From NCBI GenBank assembly GCA_964016885.1, contig CAXHJY010001494.1:7611-71610 (forward strand): DNA of 64,000 bases, given 5' to 3'. This document shows, in pieces, positions 37,972 through 51,843 of this stretch. Made by a program: the position numbers and the translations under genes. Position 1 is the first letter of the stretch. Each line of letters begins with the position of its first letter. The DNA is from Eledone cirrhosa (Eukaryota). A model generated the notes under the pieces. It made no database searches. It was not told the DNA's origin and was given only the letters and a program-made list of their open reading frames with translations.

Positions 37972-38484
37972 ACACACAGAAATTCACATATGGGACATCG
38001 AAGTAGCTTGACCTGTTAAAACTAGCAGCCAATTAAAAAATTACATGTTACCGTTAGAAGAAAAAAGATAACTTACATAATTTGATCCTGGGTTGAGTTA
38101 TGTCCCGGGGGTAAAAAAAAACAAAAAGCTGGGTTTGTCCCGGCTAGAACGCTTTTCCTCATGTCTGTTGTATGATAAGAACTGACTATCTCTGGGGGCC
38201 AACAATTTCAACACATACACCCACACAAACTCACTTATAATACCCCTATATATGTGTATATGTGTGTGTATGTATGTGTGTGTGTGTGTATGTAAGTGTG
38301 TGTGTGTGTGTGCACATATATACATATATACATATGCACATATGCATATATATATATGTATGTGCACGTGTGTGCGTGTGTGCGTGCATATGTATATATA
38401 TGTATATATATATGTATATATATATGTATATATATATATGTACATATATATGTATATATATATATATATATATACATACATGTA

Positions 38485-38585
38485 TACATTGTCCTAAACA
38501 TTTATATACACTTCAACAGCATTCTAATAAATATTGCCTGTACAGGTAATCAAAGTATGTATACATTTTTGGGGGACACCCTGTA
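38485..38585. mobile_element. Tc1/mariner-type MITE (~100-bp variant)
   Basis: Right TIR TTTTTGGGGGACACCCTG-TA; internal sequence shared with 52287-52381. Confidence 0.65.
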
Positions 38586-39059
38586 TGTGTATATATACAC
38601 TATATATATACACATAGCCATATATACACACACTCTATATATACTCTCTACACATATACACTCTACACATATACACACACACTATATATATATACACACT
38701 ACATATATACACACTATATATATACATATACACTCTACATATACACACACTATATATATACACTATATATACATACACTATCTATATATATATATACACT
38801 ATATATACATACACTATATATATATATACACTATATATATATATACACTATATACATATATACACTCTACTTATACACACACACTATATATATATATATA
38901 TATGCACTATATATATATATACATACACTATATATACATACAAATACATTTAAAGATAAACGTGTCAAAAGAAAAAAAAAGAGGGGTGTCTTATTTTTTT
39001 TATATTTAGGGCTTCATGTTTATATATTTATTTTAGGGGTTAGGGGCTTATTTTATTGT

Positions 39060-39525
39060 TGTTACCCTTATGTTTGTTGCTGTTGTTGTTGTTGTTGTTG
39101 CTGTTGTAGTAAATCTTGCTGTTATTGTTGTTGTTGTTGTTGTTGTTGCTGTCGCTGTTATTGTTGTAGTTGTTGTTGTTGCTGTTGTAGTAAATCTTGC
39201 TATAGCTGTTGCTGTTATTGTTGTTCTTGTTGCTGTTATTGTTGTTCTTGTTGCTGTTATTGTTGTTCTTGTTGCTGTTATTGTTGTAGTTGTTGCTGTC
39301 GTTGTTGTTATTTATGTTGTCGTTGTTGTTTTTGTAACTGTTGTTGTTGTTTTTGCTGTTGTTGTTGTTGCATTGCTGCTGTTTTTGCTGTTTTTGTTGC
39401 TGCTGTTGTTGTTTTTGCTGTTATTGTTGTAACTCTTGTTGTTGTAACTGTTGTTGTTGTTTTTGCTGTTGTTGTTGTTTTTGCTGTTGTTGTAACTGTT
39501 GTTGTTGTAACTGTTGTTGTTATCG
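39060..39525. repeat. (GTT)n-type degenerate microsatellite
   Basis: Directly visible; a similar tract lies at 18700-19090. Confidence 0.9.
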
Positions 39526-39940
39526 TTTATTTATTTTTCAAAATATAGGAGGGGCCAGTAAGATAGGAAGGAAATGGGTGGGGAGAAACTAAACAAAGTT
39601 TATTTAACCAAGGATCGTTTAAATATTCACCCCCTCTCCCCTCCCCCTCTCTCTCTCTCTCTATCTCTCTATCTATCTATCTATTTCTCTCACTCTTTAT
39701 CTCTTTATCTCCCTCCCTTTCACACACACACACACACTCATTCATTCTATTATGCATATCTATCTTTCTGTCTATTTATCTATGTATGCATGGATATATC
39801 TATCTATCTACCTATGTATCTGTCTGTTGGTCTATCTATCTACCTCTCTCTGTCTGCCAGTGTCTATCTATCTATCTGTCTATCTATCTATCTACCTCTG
39901 TCTCTCTGCCAGTGTCTATCTATCTATCTATCTATCTATC

Positions 39941-40254
39941 TACCCCAGCAAGTTTTATGAAGGGTGGGTGAAAGTGGCGAGAATGGCCCGAGTGAATGGG
40001 CCTTCTCTCTATATCAGCCTGTAGGTTGAGGAAAAGGAGGAGGAGAGGAAGGGAGTACAAACTCTTCGTACTCCTGGAGATGAGGGTTGCACATTTTTTC
40101 GGGGGTATGTGTTACCCATATGAACTGTCTCCCTCTATTGGGGAAAATCGACTAATTTTTTAAATTGCATTTGTGATAATATTTTACACGTTTTTATTGT
40201 ATGTAAACTTCCCCCTTTGTATTTGTCCCCTTCTTTTGTGCCCCTGTGGCTAAT
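39941..40254 (+). mobile_element. Tx1-family 3' remnant, subfamily B
   Basis: [27 protein letters not shown] plus UTR; inside a (TATC)n tract. Confidence 0.92.
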
Positions 40255-40277
40255 CTACCTCTGTCTGTCTGCCAGTG

Positions 40278-40307
<30 letters not shown>

Positions 40308-40313
<6 letters not shown>

Positions 40314-40426
40314 ATTTTATTTTTATATTTTGTTATTGCCTCCTCCTTATTGAGGACGCCTTTTTGTGTAAACTCCCCCCTTTGTACTTGTCCCACTTTT
40401 GATGCCCTAGTGGCAAATAAAAGAAA
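40308..40426 (+). mobile_element. Tx1-family 3' UTR tip, subfamily A (same as copies 1 and 2)
   Basis: Essentially identical to the last ~120 bp of copies 1 and 2; (TATC)n on both sides. Confidence 0.92.
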
Positions 40427-40485
40427 CATATCTATCTATCTATCTATCTATCTATCTACCTACCTAAGTATCTTTTTTTAAGTAC

Positions 40486-40562
40486 ATTTTTTCGGGGTGT
40501 GTACAACCCCTGTGTAACGCCTCCCCCCATTGGGGATTTCAATTGTTATTTGTTATTTTGTT
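40486..40562 (+). mobile_element. Tx1-family 3' UTR fragment, subfamily C-like
   Basis: TTTTTTCGGGGTGTGTACAACCCC...CCCCATTGGGGATTTCAATTGTTATTT, matching 47575-47640. Confidence 0.65.
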
Positions 40563-40564
40563 AA

Positions 40565-40745
40565 TTGGCAGTATCGGTAGAGAGTCGGACGCCATGCTTT
40601 CTAGCATAGTTATGTCCCTTTACGATCTGAGTTCAAATCCCGCCGAGGTTGACTTTGCCTTTCATCCTTACGGGGGTCGATAAAATAAAGTACCAGTAAT
40701 GCACTGGGTTATTGCTGGCCTTGTGCCTAAAGTAGAAACAGTTAT
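40565..40745 (+). mobile_element. SINE-A
   Basis: Full consensus match. Confidence 0.85.
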
Positions 40746-41124
40746 TTTACTAGTGATGCTAGTAGTGGTAGTGGTCTTACTAGCGATGACCATGGTGGTT
40801 ATTGGTGTTGATGGTGATGATGATTGTTGTATTGTTGATGATGGCGATGATGGTGGTTGTGGTGGGGGGGGGGGGGGTAATAGTACTATTATTATTATTA
40901 TTAGTAGTGCTAGTAGTAGTAGTAATATTAGTGGTGGAAAGTAAAATAGTTTATAGTGGTAGTGATGAGAAGGAAGATGACGTATGGGGTAGAGGTGGTG
41001 GAGGATGAGAAGGTGGCAGAGGAGGGCCTGCCACCCTTATTATACCACATATACACCAGCCTCCCACTACCACCCACTCACTACCCCCTTCTAATTGAAT
41101 GTGTAAATAAAGATTGTCTGTCCT

Positions 41125-44100
41125 GCACCATCACCTCCATCTCCTCCACCATCACCACCACCTATGCCATCACCACACCATCTACATCATCAACACCGCC
41201 GCCACCATCAACACTATCAGCACCATTACAACACCACCGCCGCCACCACCACCATATTATTACACCATCAACAACACGCCCCCCCCCCCAACCACCACTA
41301 CCACAATACCATCACCACCACTACCACCAACAAAACCACCACCTCCACCACATTACCATTACATCACCAGTATTAAGCTACCGCCACATCCCCCACCACA
41401 ACCATTACACAATCACCACCACCACCACCATCATTATTACACCATCATCAACACCACCACCACCTCAACGATACCACCACCACCATTACACCACCACCAC
41501 TATCACCACCACCATTACACCATCTCCTTCACAACACCACCACCATACCACTACCACCTCCACAACACCACCACCATACCACTACCACCTCCACAACACC
41601 ACCATTACACCACCACCATCACGACACCTCCCCACACCACGACACCTCCCCACACCACCAACACCACCACCACACCACCACTACACCACCTCTACAACAC
41701 CACCACCACCACTACCATTACACCATCTACCCCCTTCAAACCTTTCTCAGCCACCTCACTGCCACCCAGTTATCCCAACTCCACCCAGAATGGTGAAGAA
41801 AAGTGGTGCGGCGGCCGAGCAGGCTCCGGGTTTCTCCCACTAGGGGGCGTGCGTCAATTACCGTCGCCGCCGCCGCTACTCCTTTATATATCACCACCAC
41901 CACCACCACTAATATTCATTGCCACTGCCACTATATCACAACTGCCACGACACCACCACCACCAACAACAACAACACAGTCATCTCCACCACCACCACAG
42001 TCACCACTACCACCACCACCAGTCATCTCCACCATCAACACCACCACCACCACCACCACTACCACCACTACCACCACTACCAGTCATCTCCACCATCAAC
42101 ACCACCACCACCACCACAGTCACCACTACCACCACCACCACCACTTACATCAGCATCATCATCACCACAACCATCAACAACACCACTACCACCAACAACA
42201 TCACCATCATCACCACCCACCACCACTACTACTGTCACCACCACCACCACCACCAATATATATATAAATTCATCATCATCATCATCATTAGCACTAGCAC
42301 AGTTACCACCACCACCGCCACCACCACCACCACAATCACCTGCACTACTACCACCAACACCACTACCACCACCACCATCACCACCACGACAATCACCTGC
42401 ACTACTACCACCAACACCACTACCACCACCATCACCACCACCACCATCAACACCACCACCATCACCACCACGACAATCACCTGCACTACTACCACCAACA
42501 CCACTACTACCACCACCATCACCACCACTACTACCACCACCATCAACACCACCACCACCAACACCACTACCACCACCACCACCACCACCACCACCATCAT
42601 CACCACAATCACCTGCACTACTACCATCACCACCACCATCACCACCACAACAACAACAACATCCACCACCATCATCACAATAACCACCACCACTGTCGCC
42701 AACGCCGTCCTCATCCAGGCGTTATCACCAACAAAACCAGCTACCCTCAACTCCACCTTCCACTCCAGCCTCCAACAAGCCCCTCCTCCCGTCCTTTCTC
42801 ACTCCTCTTGCTGCCATCATTCTCCGATACTACCTCCCCCACTACACTTCACTCCACTTCACATCACCTCACTCTACTCCACTCTACTCCACTCCATCTC
42901 AATCTACTCCACTCCACACTGTCACTCAGAAACTGGCTCTCACTCTTACTGACACCACCACCATCGCTTACAGCCGCACTAACTACTACAACCAACACCA
43001 CCTCTACGAACGCCACCACCACCACTAACGCCACCACCACCACCACCTCTACTAACGCCACCACCACCACCACTTCTACTAACGCCACCACCACCACCAC
43101 CTCTACTAACTCCACCACCACCACCACTTCTACTAACGCCACCACCACCACCACCTCTACTAACGCCACCACCACCACCACCTCTACTAACGCCACGACC
43201 ACCATCACCTATACTAACGCCACCACCACCACCTCTACTAACGCCACCCCCACCACTAACGCCACGACCACCATCACCTATACTAACGCCACCACCACCT
43301 CTACTAACGCCACCACCACCTCTACTAACGCCACCACCACCACCACTATCGCTGACACCCTCACCAACTACTACAACCAGCACCACCTCTACTAACGCCA
43401 CGACCACCACCACCACTTCTACTAACGCCACCACCACCACCACCACCACCACTATCGCTGACACCCTCACCAACTATACCCAACACCACCACCATCACCA
43501 CTACTGGCCCCTAACCCTAACCCTGACCCTCACCAGCTATTGGAACGACGACCACTTCTACTACCACCTCTACGACAACTCTGAAGCTCCCCACCACCAC
43601 CACCATCACCATTATCGCTAACTATCCGTACTATCACCACCACCACCACCACTCAACTACTACAGCCAGCACCACCACTACCACCATCATTGACATCCTT
43701 AACTACTACCACCACCACCACTACCACAACCCGACCACCCTCACCACCACCACCACCACCACCACCATTACCACAACCCGACCACACTCACCACCACCAC
43801 CACCATCAACACTACCATCGCTGACACCCTTAACTACTACTACCACCACCACTACCACAACCCGACCACCCTCACCACCACCACCACCATCAACATTACC
43901 ATCGCTGACACCCTTAACTACTATTACCACCACCACTACCACAACCCGACCACCCTCACCACCACCACCACCATCAACATTACCATCGCTGACACCCTTA
44001 ACTACCACCACCACCACCACCACAACCCTCACCAGCTCTCACCGACCACCACCACCACTACCATCACCACCACCCTCACCACCACCACTACCATCACCAC

Positions 44101-44360
44101 CACCCTCACCACCACCACCACCCTCACCAACACCACCACTACCACCCCACCACCACCACAACCCTCACCACTAATTCCGCTTACCCACCTTTTTTCACTA
44201 ACTCCACCACCACTACAACAACCTTCACCACCACCACCACCACAATCGCTGACACCCTCAACAACCGCCGCCACCACCACCCTCACCACCACCCTCATCA
44301 CTAATCTCTCTTACCCACCTTTCTTCACTAACCCCCACCCTCACCACCACCCACACTCTA
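41125..44360. repeat. (ACC)n-derived low-complexity region with embedded ~27-bp and ~80-bp minisatellites
   Basis: Degenerate ACC repeats; CTCTACTAACGCCACCACC units at 43000-43450; CCACAACCCGACC...GCTGACACCCTTAACT units at 43720-44030. Confidence 0.9.
41837..41849 (+). promoter_or_regulatory. Candidate CTCF-binding motif
   Basis: CCACTAGGGGGCG matches the CTCF core consensus and lies in a ~100-bp CpG-rich non-repetitive island. Confidence 0.45.
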
Positions 44361-45769
44361 CTATCACTGCAACAATTATCGTCCTGTGCCTCCCCATCCC
44401 CACTCTCTCTCTCTATCCCCCTCTCTTTCGTCCCTCATTCTCCCTCCTCTGCCCTGCCCCCTTCTTCCTTCGCCCCGCCTCACCCTCCCACCTCTACCAC
44501 TTACTTCTTCAATCCTTAATCCTCATCCTTCTACTCACCCCCCACCTACACATCACCTCCATCTCCCCCTCTGTCTCTCTCTCTCTCTCTACATACACAC
44601 ATATACATCGTATATATACATATACACATATACTATATTATACGCAAACTCATATAATATATACATATTTAAACACACACACACACACACATATATATAT
44701 TTATATATATTTACACAACACAACCTTATATATACATTCAAACAGATATATATATATATATATACACACACACTCAAGCACACATATATCATATATACAC
44801 ACACATATATATATATATATACACACCACACCACCCCACACATACCCCACATACACCCCACACACATCCCTCACACACCTCACATCACACCACAGTCACA
44901 TACATACACCACATACACACACATACAGAAACATATATATACATATACATACACACACACACTCATATATATATATATATAAGACGGTGCGCTTATCCGC
45001 TGACTGGACTCACTTCTTGCTGGATTCGCTAAGGGACGGACGTACAGAGACACAGCTCCTTCCTTCCTTTTTTTCCCTCTTTTCTTCCTTTCTTCCTTCC
45101 TTCCCTTGGATTAGTTTCCTTATTCTTCGTTTGACATCTCTTTCCTCTCTCTCCCGGGACAAAATATATACACTCATATATATATATATACACACACACA
45201 CGCATCTTCGTCGTCGTTTTAACGTACGCTTTTCCTTCTAGCAATATATATAATATATATTATATATATATATATATAATATATAATATATATATATATA
45301 TATTATATTATATTATATATATATATATTATATCTAAGGTATATATTCGTCACTGAACGAACAATCAACTTTCTCCGCGCCACACTTTTATATATATATA
45401 TATATATACATATATATACATATATAAAGGACGAAGCATTAGATTTTCATTGCATTTGGTAAACCTACAGTAACTGGACGTTACTTTCCCTAAACATTTA
45501 TATATATATGCGGGAAGTTTTATTTTTTGCGGAAAACCAGCTGAAAAACTCTATTAGGTTGTTTTTTTTAAACATTATATTATATATATATGATTTTAAT
45601 ACCTGGATCTTTGCTTTCATATATTATCATACAATTCCGTTGAGGACGGCTGTATATCCAGGCTGGTCTGTCTATCTTGCTATATATTTCTTTATCTAAG
45701 CTGTCTCTATACTATTATCTAACTTGCCTATATACCTATCTTTCTATTTAACTAATTAGCTAGCTTACC

Positions 45770-45825
<56 letters not shown>

Positions 45826-45912
45826 TTTATCTAATCAGCTATATATCAAACTACCTAAGCTACCTGTCTAATAATTTGATTAATTTTCTAGCTAACTTAA
45901 CTACTTAGCTAC

Positions 45913-45943
<31 letters not shown>

Positions 45944-46472
45944 TCTATATGTCCATCTATCTATCGACCCTCAACAAGATCGATTACTTCACATAAGCAC
46001 AGACGTGGAAGAAAAAGGATTTTTCCACCAACACCGCCAGAAATTAAAAATTTCAACAAATATAATTTTATCGAGAAATTTTTCAAATCAGAAATTTCAC
46101 ATTGATGAAGGAAAACTTTCTTTAAAAAAAAAAGGAAAAAAAAAAGGGAAAGAAAAAGGGAAAGAAAAAGGGGCGAAAATCCCAGCCGTTCTCTCCACCT
46201 TAAGAAAAAAGGGCCCAACTTACTTTTAATGTACCGAAATTTGGAGCATTGTAAAGGATATTTATTCTTCCACGATGTGGTACCGACTCCCTTGGTAAGT
46301 AACCAACACACCCTTTGTTTAAACCCTTTATTTTTAATCACACATTTTGGTAGTGTCGTTAGAACGTCAGAATCTGCTCCTTTCTGAGTTCAAATCCCGC
46401 TGAGTTCATCCATTCGAGGTCGTGTTAAAAATGTACCAGTTTAGTACTGGGCTCGATTCTTCCTCTATTATA

Positions 46473-46553
46473 CAGAGTGTCCCCAAAAAATGTATACACA
46501 CTTCAACAGCATTCTAATCAAATTGTGTATACATCTTTTGGGGGACACCCTCT
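46473..46553. mobile_element. Tc1/mariner-type MITE
   Basis: TA-CAGAGTGTCCCCAAAAAATGTATACAC...GTGTATACATCTTTTGGGGGACACCCT. Confidence 0.7.
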
Positions 46554-46810
46554 GTCTCTTCTTGCTATATCAAGCGTTAACCTCATATATCCCTTCGATA
46601 TTCTGTACCGATTGTGTTGTTATTTCTGTTTACCTTGTACATACACACACACACATATATATATATAGGAAAATAATCAGGACCCCGACGGTTGAGCTCC
46701 GGCCGTTTCGTCAGCTAGATCCGAACTCTACTACCCTAAGTATCGAGTAATCTGGTGCTTTATGGTCCACCTGGTTCCTTACCACACTTTGTTATATATA
46801 TATATAGGGC

Positions 46811-46998
46811 AGTGGATTGGCAGTATCGGTAGAGGGTCGGACGCCATGCTTTGACGCATAGTTACAGCCCTTGCCATTCTGAGTTCAAATCCCGCCAAGG
46901 TTAACTTTGCCTTTCATCCTTATGGGGTCGATAAAATAATGTACCAGTAATACACTGGGTAATTGCTGGCCTTGTGCCAAAAAAGTAGAAACAGTTAT
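46811..46998 (+). mobile_element. SINE-A
   Basis: Full consensus match. Confidence 0.85.
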
Positions 46999-47089
46999 AT
47001 ATATATATATATTTATATATACTCTGGTGCGTTATGGTCCACTGGTTCCTTACTACACCTTCTATATATGAGAGAGAGAGAGAGAGAGA

Positions 47090-47252
47090 GAAAAGCTTCT
47101 ACAGGACTAGAATTGTTTCAATCGTGATAAATCATCAGGAATGAAACAGTTCTAGTCCTGTAGAAGCTTTTCTATATTAAAACATTTAAACCCTGCTATG
47201 TATTGAGTACCTTACTTACTGTGGTTACCCCCGATTCAACCCAGAATAACTT
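47090..47252. mobile_element. Family F1 inverted dimer
   Basis: GAAAAGCTTCTACAGGACTAGAA..TTCTAGTCCTGTAGAAGCTTTTC; minus arm contains CTGATGA...GAAA. Confidence 0.7.
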
Positions 47253-47316
47253 ATATATATATATATATATATAAATCACACCCCTGTCTATCAATCTCTC
47301 TCTCTATCTATCTATC

Positions 47317-47753
47317 GAGGGCAAACACCTTTCTCTCCGGACAACAACTTATCCCCTTCTTTAAGTATCACTTCAGAAGGAAGGTGAGAGTGGAGAGAGA
47401 GGTGCTACACCCCCAGTAAATTCGCTGAAAGGTGGGTGAATGTGGCGAAAATGGCCCGAGTGAATGGGCCTTCTCTGTATATCTAAACCTGTAGGGTGGG
47501 GAAGATAAACAGAGGGAAGACAAACGGGAACACCTACAAAACGTGTTCCTGGTGTTGAGGGTTGTTCTATCCACGGGGTGTAAAACAACCCTGCAGTAAC
47601 GTCCTCCGTCCCCCTATTGGGGATTTCAATTGTTATTTTATTATATATAGTTTATTGTTATTTATTAATGTTAAAGTTATTTTTATGTAAAACCCCCCGC
47701 CGTCACGTCTTGTAATGTCCCATTTTTGTACGCCCCTGTGGCAAATAAAGAAA
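47317..47753 (+). mobile_element. Tx1-family 3' remnant, older subfamily C
   Basis: [55 protein letters not shown] (frameshifted); UTR ends AATAAAGAAA; CTAT-type flanks. Confidence 0.9.
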
Positions 47754-48134
47754 GATATCTATTTATCTGTATGTGTCTGCCTGTGACTCTCTTCTCTCAA
47801 TGCAACATTTTTGTCAGAGTCGTTAGAACGTCTTCGCAGTATTCTTCCCTGCCATCTGGTTTCTCAGTTCAAATCCCGCTCAGCTCAACTTTGCTTATCC
47901 TCCATCCCAGATCGATAAAAAAACAAAAAGTACCAGCCTCCCCTTATATCTCTTTCTCTCTATTCCTTTCTCTCCTCTTTCTCTCTCTATCCTTCTTCTC
48001 TGGAAGAAGTCTGCTGTACCCACACTGGAGAGGGGCTTGGCTGGGGCTCTGCCAGGTTTTTTAAATGCCCAAAATACACCTTAAGTCAATGTGGTGCCCT
48101 TACGACTCCCTCGGGAGTGTCAACCCATACCATA

Positions 48135-48194
<60 letters not shown>

Positions 48195-48365
48195 GTTGGT
48201 CCCGGGTTGAGTCGGGGATAACCACAGTAAGTAAGGTACTCAATATATGGCAGAGTAAAATTTTTTTATTTTATAGAAGGAGCTTCTACAGGACTAGTAC
48301 TGTTTCATTTCATCTGAATGAAACAGTACTAGTCCTGTAGAAACTCCTTCTATAAAATAAAATAA
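48195..48365. mobile_element. Family F1 inverted dimer
   Basis: About 50-bp arms around TTTCATCTGAA; the left arm is longer. Confidence 0.7.
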
Positions 48366-48389
48366 AAAATATATATATATATTATATAC

Positions 48390-48450
<61 letters not shown>

Positions 48451-48588
48451 TATCTATCTATCTATCTAAGGCGGGTAAAATTCCCGCGATCCATGGACGA
48501 GTTCTCTCCAGCGGTCTCTGTCCCTCATTATCGCTGCCATATCCTGCATCTCCAACAGACCAGTGTCTGTCCTTAGGGCATCAACTAT
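48451..48588 (-). mobile_element. RTE LINE 3' tip with (GATA)4 tail
   Basis: [39 protein letters not shown], near-identical to the 55079 copy. Confidence 0.9.
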
Positions 48589-48619
48589 GTATATATATAT
48601 ATGTATGTATGTATGTATG

Positions 48620-48657
<38 letters not shown>

Positions 48658-48736
48658 TACATATATATGTGAATATATATATATGTATATGTGTGAATAT
48701 ATATATATATGTGTGAATATATATATATATATGTGA

Positions 48737-48771
<35 letters not shown>

Positions 48772-48831
48772 TGTATATATATGTATGTATATATATATAT
48801 ATATGTATGTATATATATATATATATGTATG

Positions 48832-48862
<31 letters not shown>

Positions 48863-49967
48863 GTATATATATGTATGTATACATATATATATATGTGAAT
48901 ATATATATATATATATATATATGTATATGTGAATATATATATATATATATGTATATGTGAATATATATATATATATATGTATATGTGAATATATATATAT
49001 ATATATGTATATGTGAATATATATATATATATATGTATATGTGAATATATATATATATATATATGTATATGTGAATATATATATATATATATATGTATAT
49101 GTGAATATATATATATATATATGTATATGTGAATATATATATATATATATGTATATGTGAATATATATATATATATATGTATATGTGAATATATATATAT
49201 GTATATGTGAATATATATATATATATATGTATATGTGAATATATATATATATATGTATATGTGAATATATATATGTATATGTGAATATATATATATATAT
49301 GTATATGTGAATATATATATATATATGTATATGTGAATATATATATATATATGTATATGTGAATATATATATATATGTATATGTGAATATATATATATAT
49401 ATGTATATGTGAATATATATATATATATATGTATATGTGAATATATGTATATATATATGTATACATATATATATATGTATATATATATATGTATACATAT
49501 ATATATATGTATATATATATATGTATACATATATATATATGTATTTATATATATATATGTATATATATATACACAAATATATATATATGTATTTATATAT
49601 ATATATGTATATATATATACACAAATATATATATATGTATATATATACACATATATATATGTATATATATATATACACATATATATATGTATATATATAT
49701 ATACACATATATATATGTATATATATATATACACATATATATATGTATATATATATATACATATATATTTGTATATATATATATACATATATATATGTAT
49801 ATATATATGTATATATATATATATGTATATATATATGTATATATATATATATGTATATATATATGTATATATATATATATACATATATATATGTATATAT
49901 ATATATATACTTATATATATATATACATATATATATGTATATATATATATATGTATATATATATATG

Positions 49968-49998
<31 letters not shown>

Positions 49999-50243
49999 GT
50001 ATACATATATATATATGTATATATATATATGTATATATATATATATGTATACATATATATATATGTATATATATATATGTATATATGTATATATATATAT
50101 GTATATATATATATATGTATACATATATATATATATGTATATATATATATGTATATATATATATATGTATACATATATATATATATGTATACATATATAT
50201 ATATATGTATATATATATATATGTATACATATATATATATATG

Positions 50244-50290
<47 letters not shown>

Positions 50291-50311
50291 GTATACATAT
50301 ATATATATATG

Positions 50312-50342
<31 letters not shown>

Positions 50343-50363
50343 GTATACATATATATATATATG

Positions 50364-50396
<33 letters not shown>

Positions 50397-50442
50397 GTAT
50401 ACATATATATATATATGTATACATATATATATATATGTATAC

Positions 50443-50506
<64 letters not shown>

Positions 50507-50803
50507 GTATACATATATATATATATGTATACATATATATATATATGTATACATATATATATATATGTATACATATATATATATATGTATACATATATAT
50601 ATATATATGTATACATATATATATATATATGTATACATATATATATATATGTATACATATATATATATATGTATACATATATATATATATATGTATACAT
50701 ATATATATATATATGTATACATATATATATATATATGTATACATATATATATATATATGTATACATATATATATATATGTATACATATATATATATATGT
50801 ATG
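48589..50803. repeat. 2.2-kb (TA)n-derived array with successive variant units
   Basis: TGTATATGTGAA units followed by TGTATACA units. Confidence 0.95.
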
Positions 50804-50925
50804 TAAAAGGTAAACAGAAATAACAACACAATCGGTACAGTATATGGAAGGGATATATTAGGTTAACGCTTGATATAGCAGGGAAAGGGTCTTAACGTTT
50901 CGGACGCTAGTCCTTCATTAGAAGA
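50804..50925 (-). mobile_element. Penelope-LTR-like repeat family F3 with mutated hammerhead (50890-50925)
   Basis: TCTT-CTAATGA-A-GGAC-TAGC-GTCC-GAAA-CGTT-AAGA; homologs at 21178-21290 and 46555-46640. Confidence 0.65.
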
Positions 50926-51144
50926 AAGAATGAGAAATAGGATATATTGAGGGGACAAGTGGGGTTGAATTGGAAAAAATGTCTTCTGATAAAAATAACA
51001 GGTCCATTTATGTTGACATCTCTGAAGAACAGATTAAAGTTTAAGCAAATAATCGCTTCTTTCGCTCTTAACGAGCCCTCTTCGGATTTTAGTCTTCACA
51101 TTTATCACTACTATATATATATCATTACTATGTATATATATATA

Positions 51145-51180
<36 letters not shown>

Positions 51181-51399
51181 GATGAGATTCTGGTTTTGCT
51201 TGCTTGTCTGATGAGAGGATTCGGGTTGGAATTGGGTCTAGAGTACAAATATGGATCTTGAGCCACCCGTCTCTGAAACGTTCGTAATATACGCCATTTG
51301 AATGCATTTAGTAGACTGTGGCCGCAGAAGATTTATCGTACACACACAGGAGACGGAAACCGTAAAAGAACTGTTGCATACATACACACACAAACACAG

Positions 51400-51530
51400 C
51401 TGAGTAAACTGGAGCAACGTGAAATAAAGTGTCTTGCTCAATGACACAACACATCATCCGGTCCGAGAATCGAACTCACAACCTTTCGATTGCAAGCCCA
51501 ATGCTCTAACCACTAAGCCATGCGCCTTCA
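51400..51530 (-). mobile_element. SINE-B
   Basis: Reverse complement of the 21325 copy head and CORE-like region. Confidence 0.75.
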
Positions 51531-51552
51531 GAGATAAGTCTAAATATAAACA

Positions 51553-51800
51553 CGGTCGCTCTCCGACAGGTTTACGGTCGAGCCCTTAGCAGTGGAGATT
51601 TCTGGTGTCCTGGGCCCTAGGATCACCTCTCTATTCACCACCATCGGCACGGAGTTGGCTATCCACAAGTCTGAGCCTTGCGAATTGGAATGGCTCTTCC
51701 AACGCGTCTAGATCACCTTCCTTCGGGAAAAAGCCCTTTCTATTCTGTTCGCCCGGGCCGCAGGGCGGCGAGCGCGTGGGAACCCATTTGCTTATAATAA
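51553..51800 (+). pseudogene. Second CRE-clade endonuclease 3' remnant
   Basis: RSLSDRFTVEPLAVEISGVLGPRITSLFTTIG...LEWLFQRV*, homologous to 14421-14642. Confidence 0.8.
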
Positions 51801-51843
51801 TGAGATTGGGAGAGCCAGAGAGATGGAGACAGTATCAATGGGA

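Noticed and set aside
41114-42952. 612-aa Thr/Pro/His-rich ORF
   Set aside because: All frames are largely open because of (ACC)n composition; no domain motifs.
43508-43531. Telomeric (CCCTAA)n
   Set aside because: Only about 3 imperfect units in C/A-rich low-complexity DNA.
48466-50829. 787-aa and other long [12 protein letters not shown] ORFs throughout the window
   Set aside because: Translations of (TA)n/(CA)n arrays that lack stop codons; only the last ~39 aa here is real RTE sequence.
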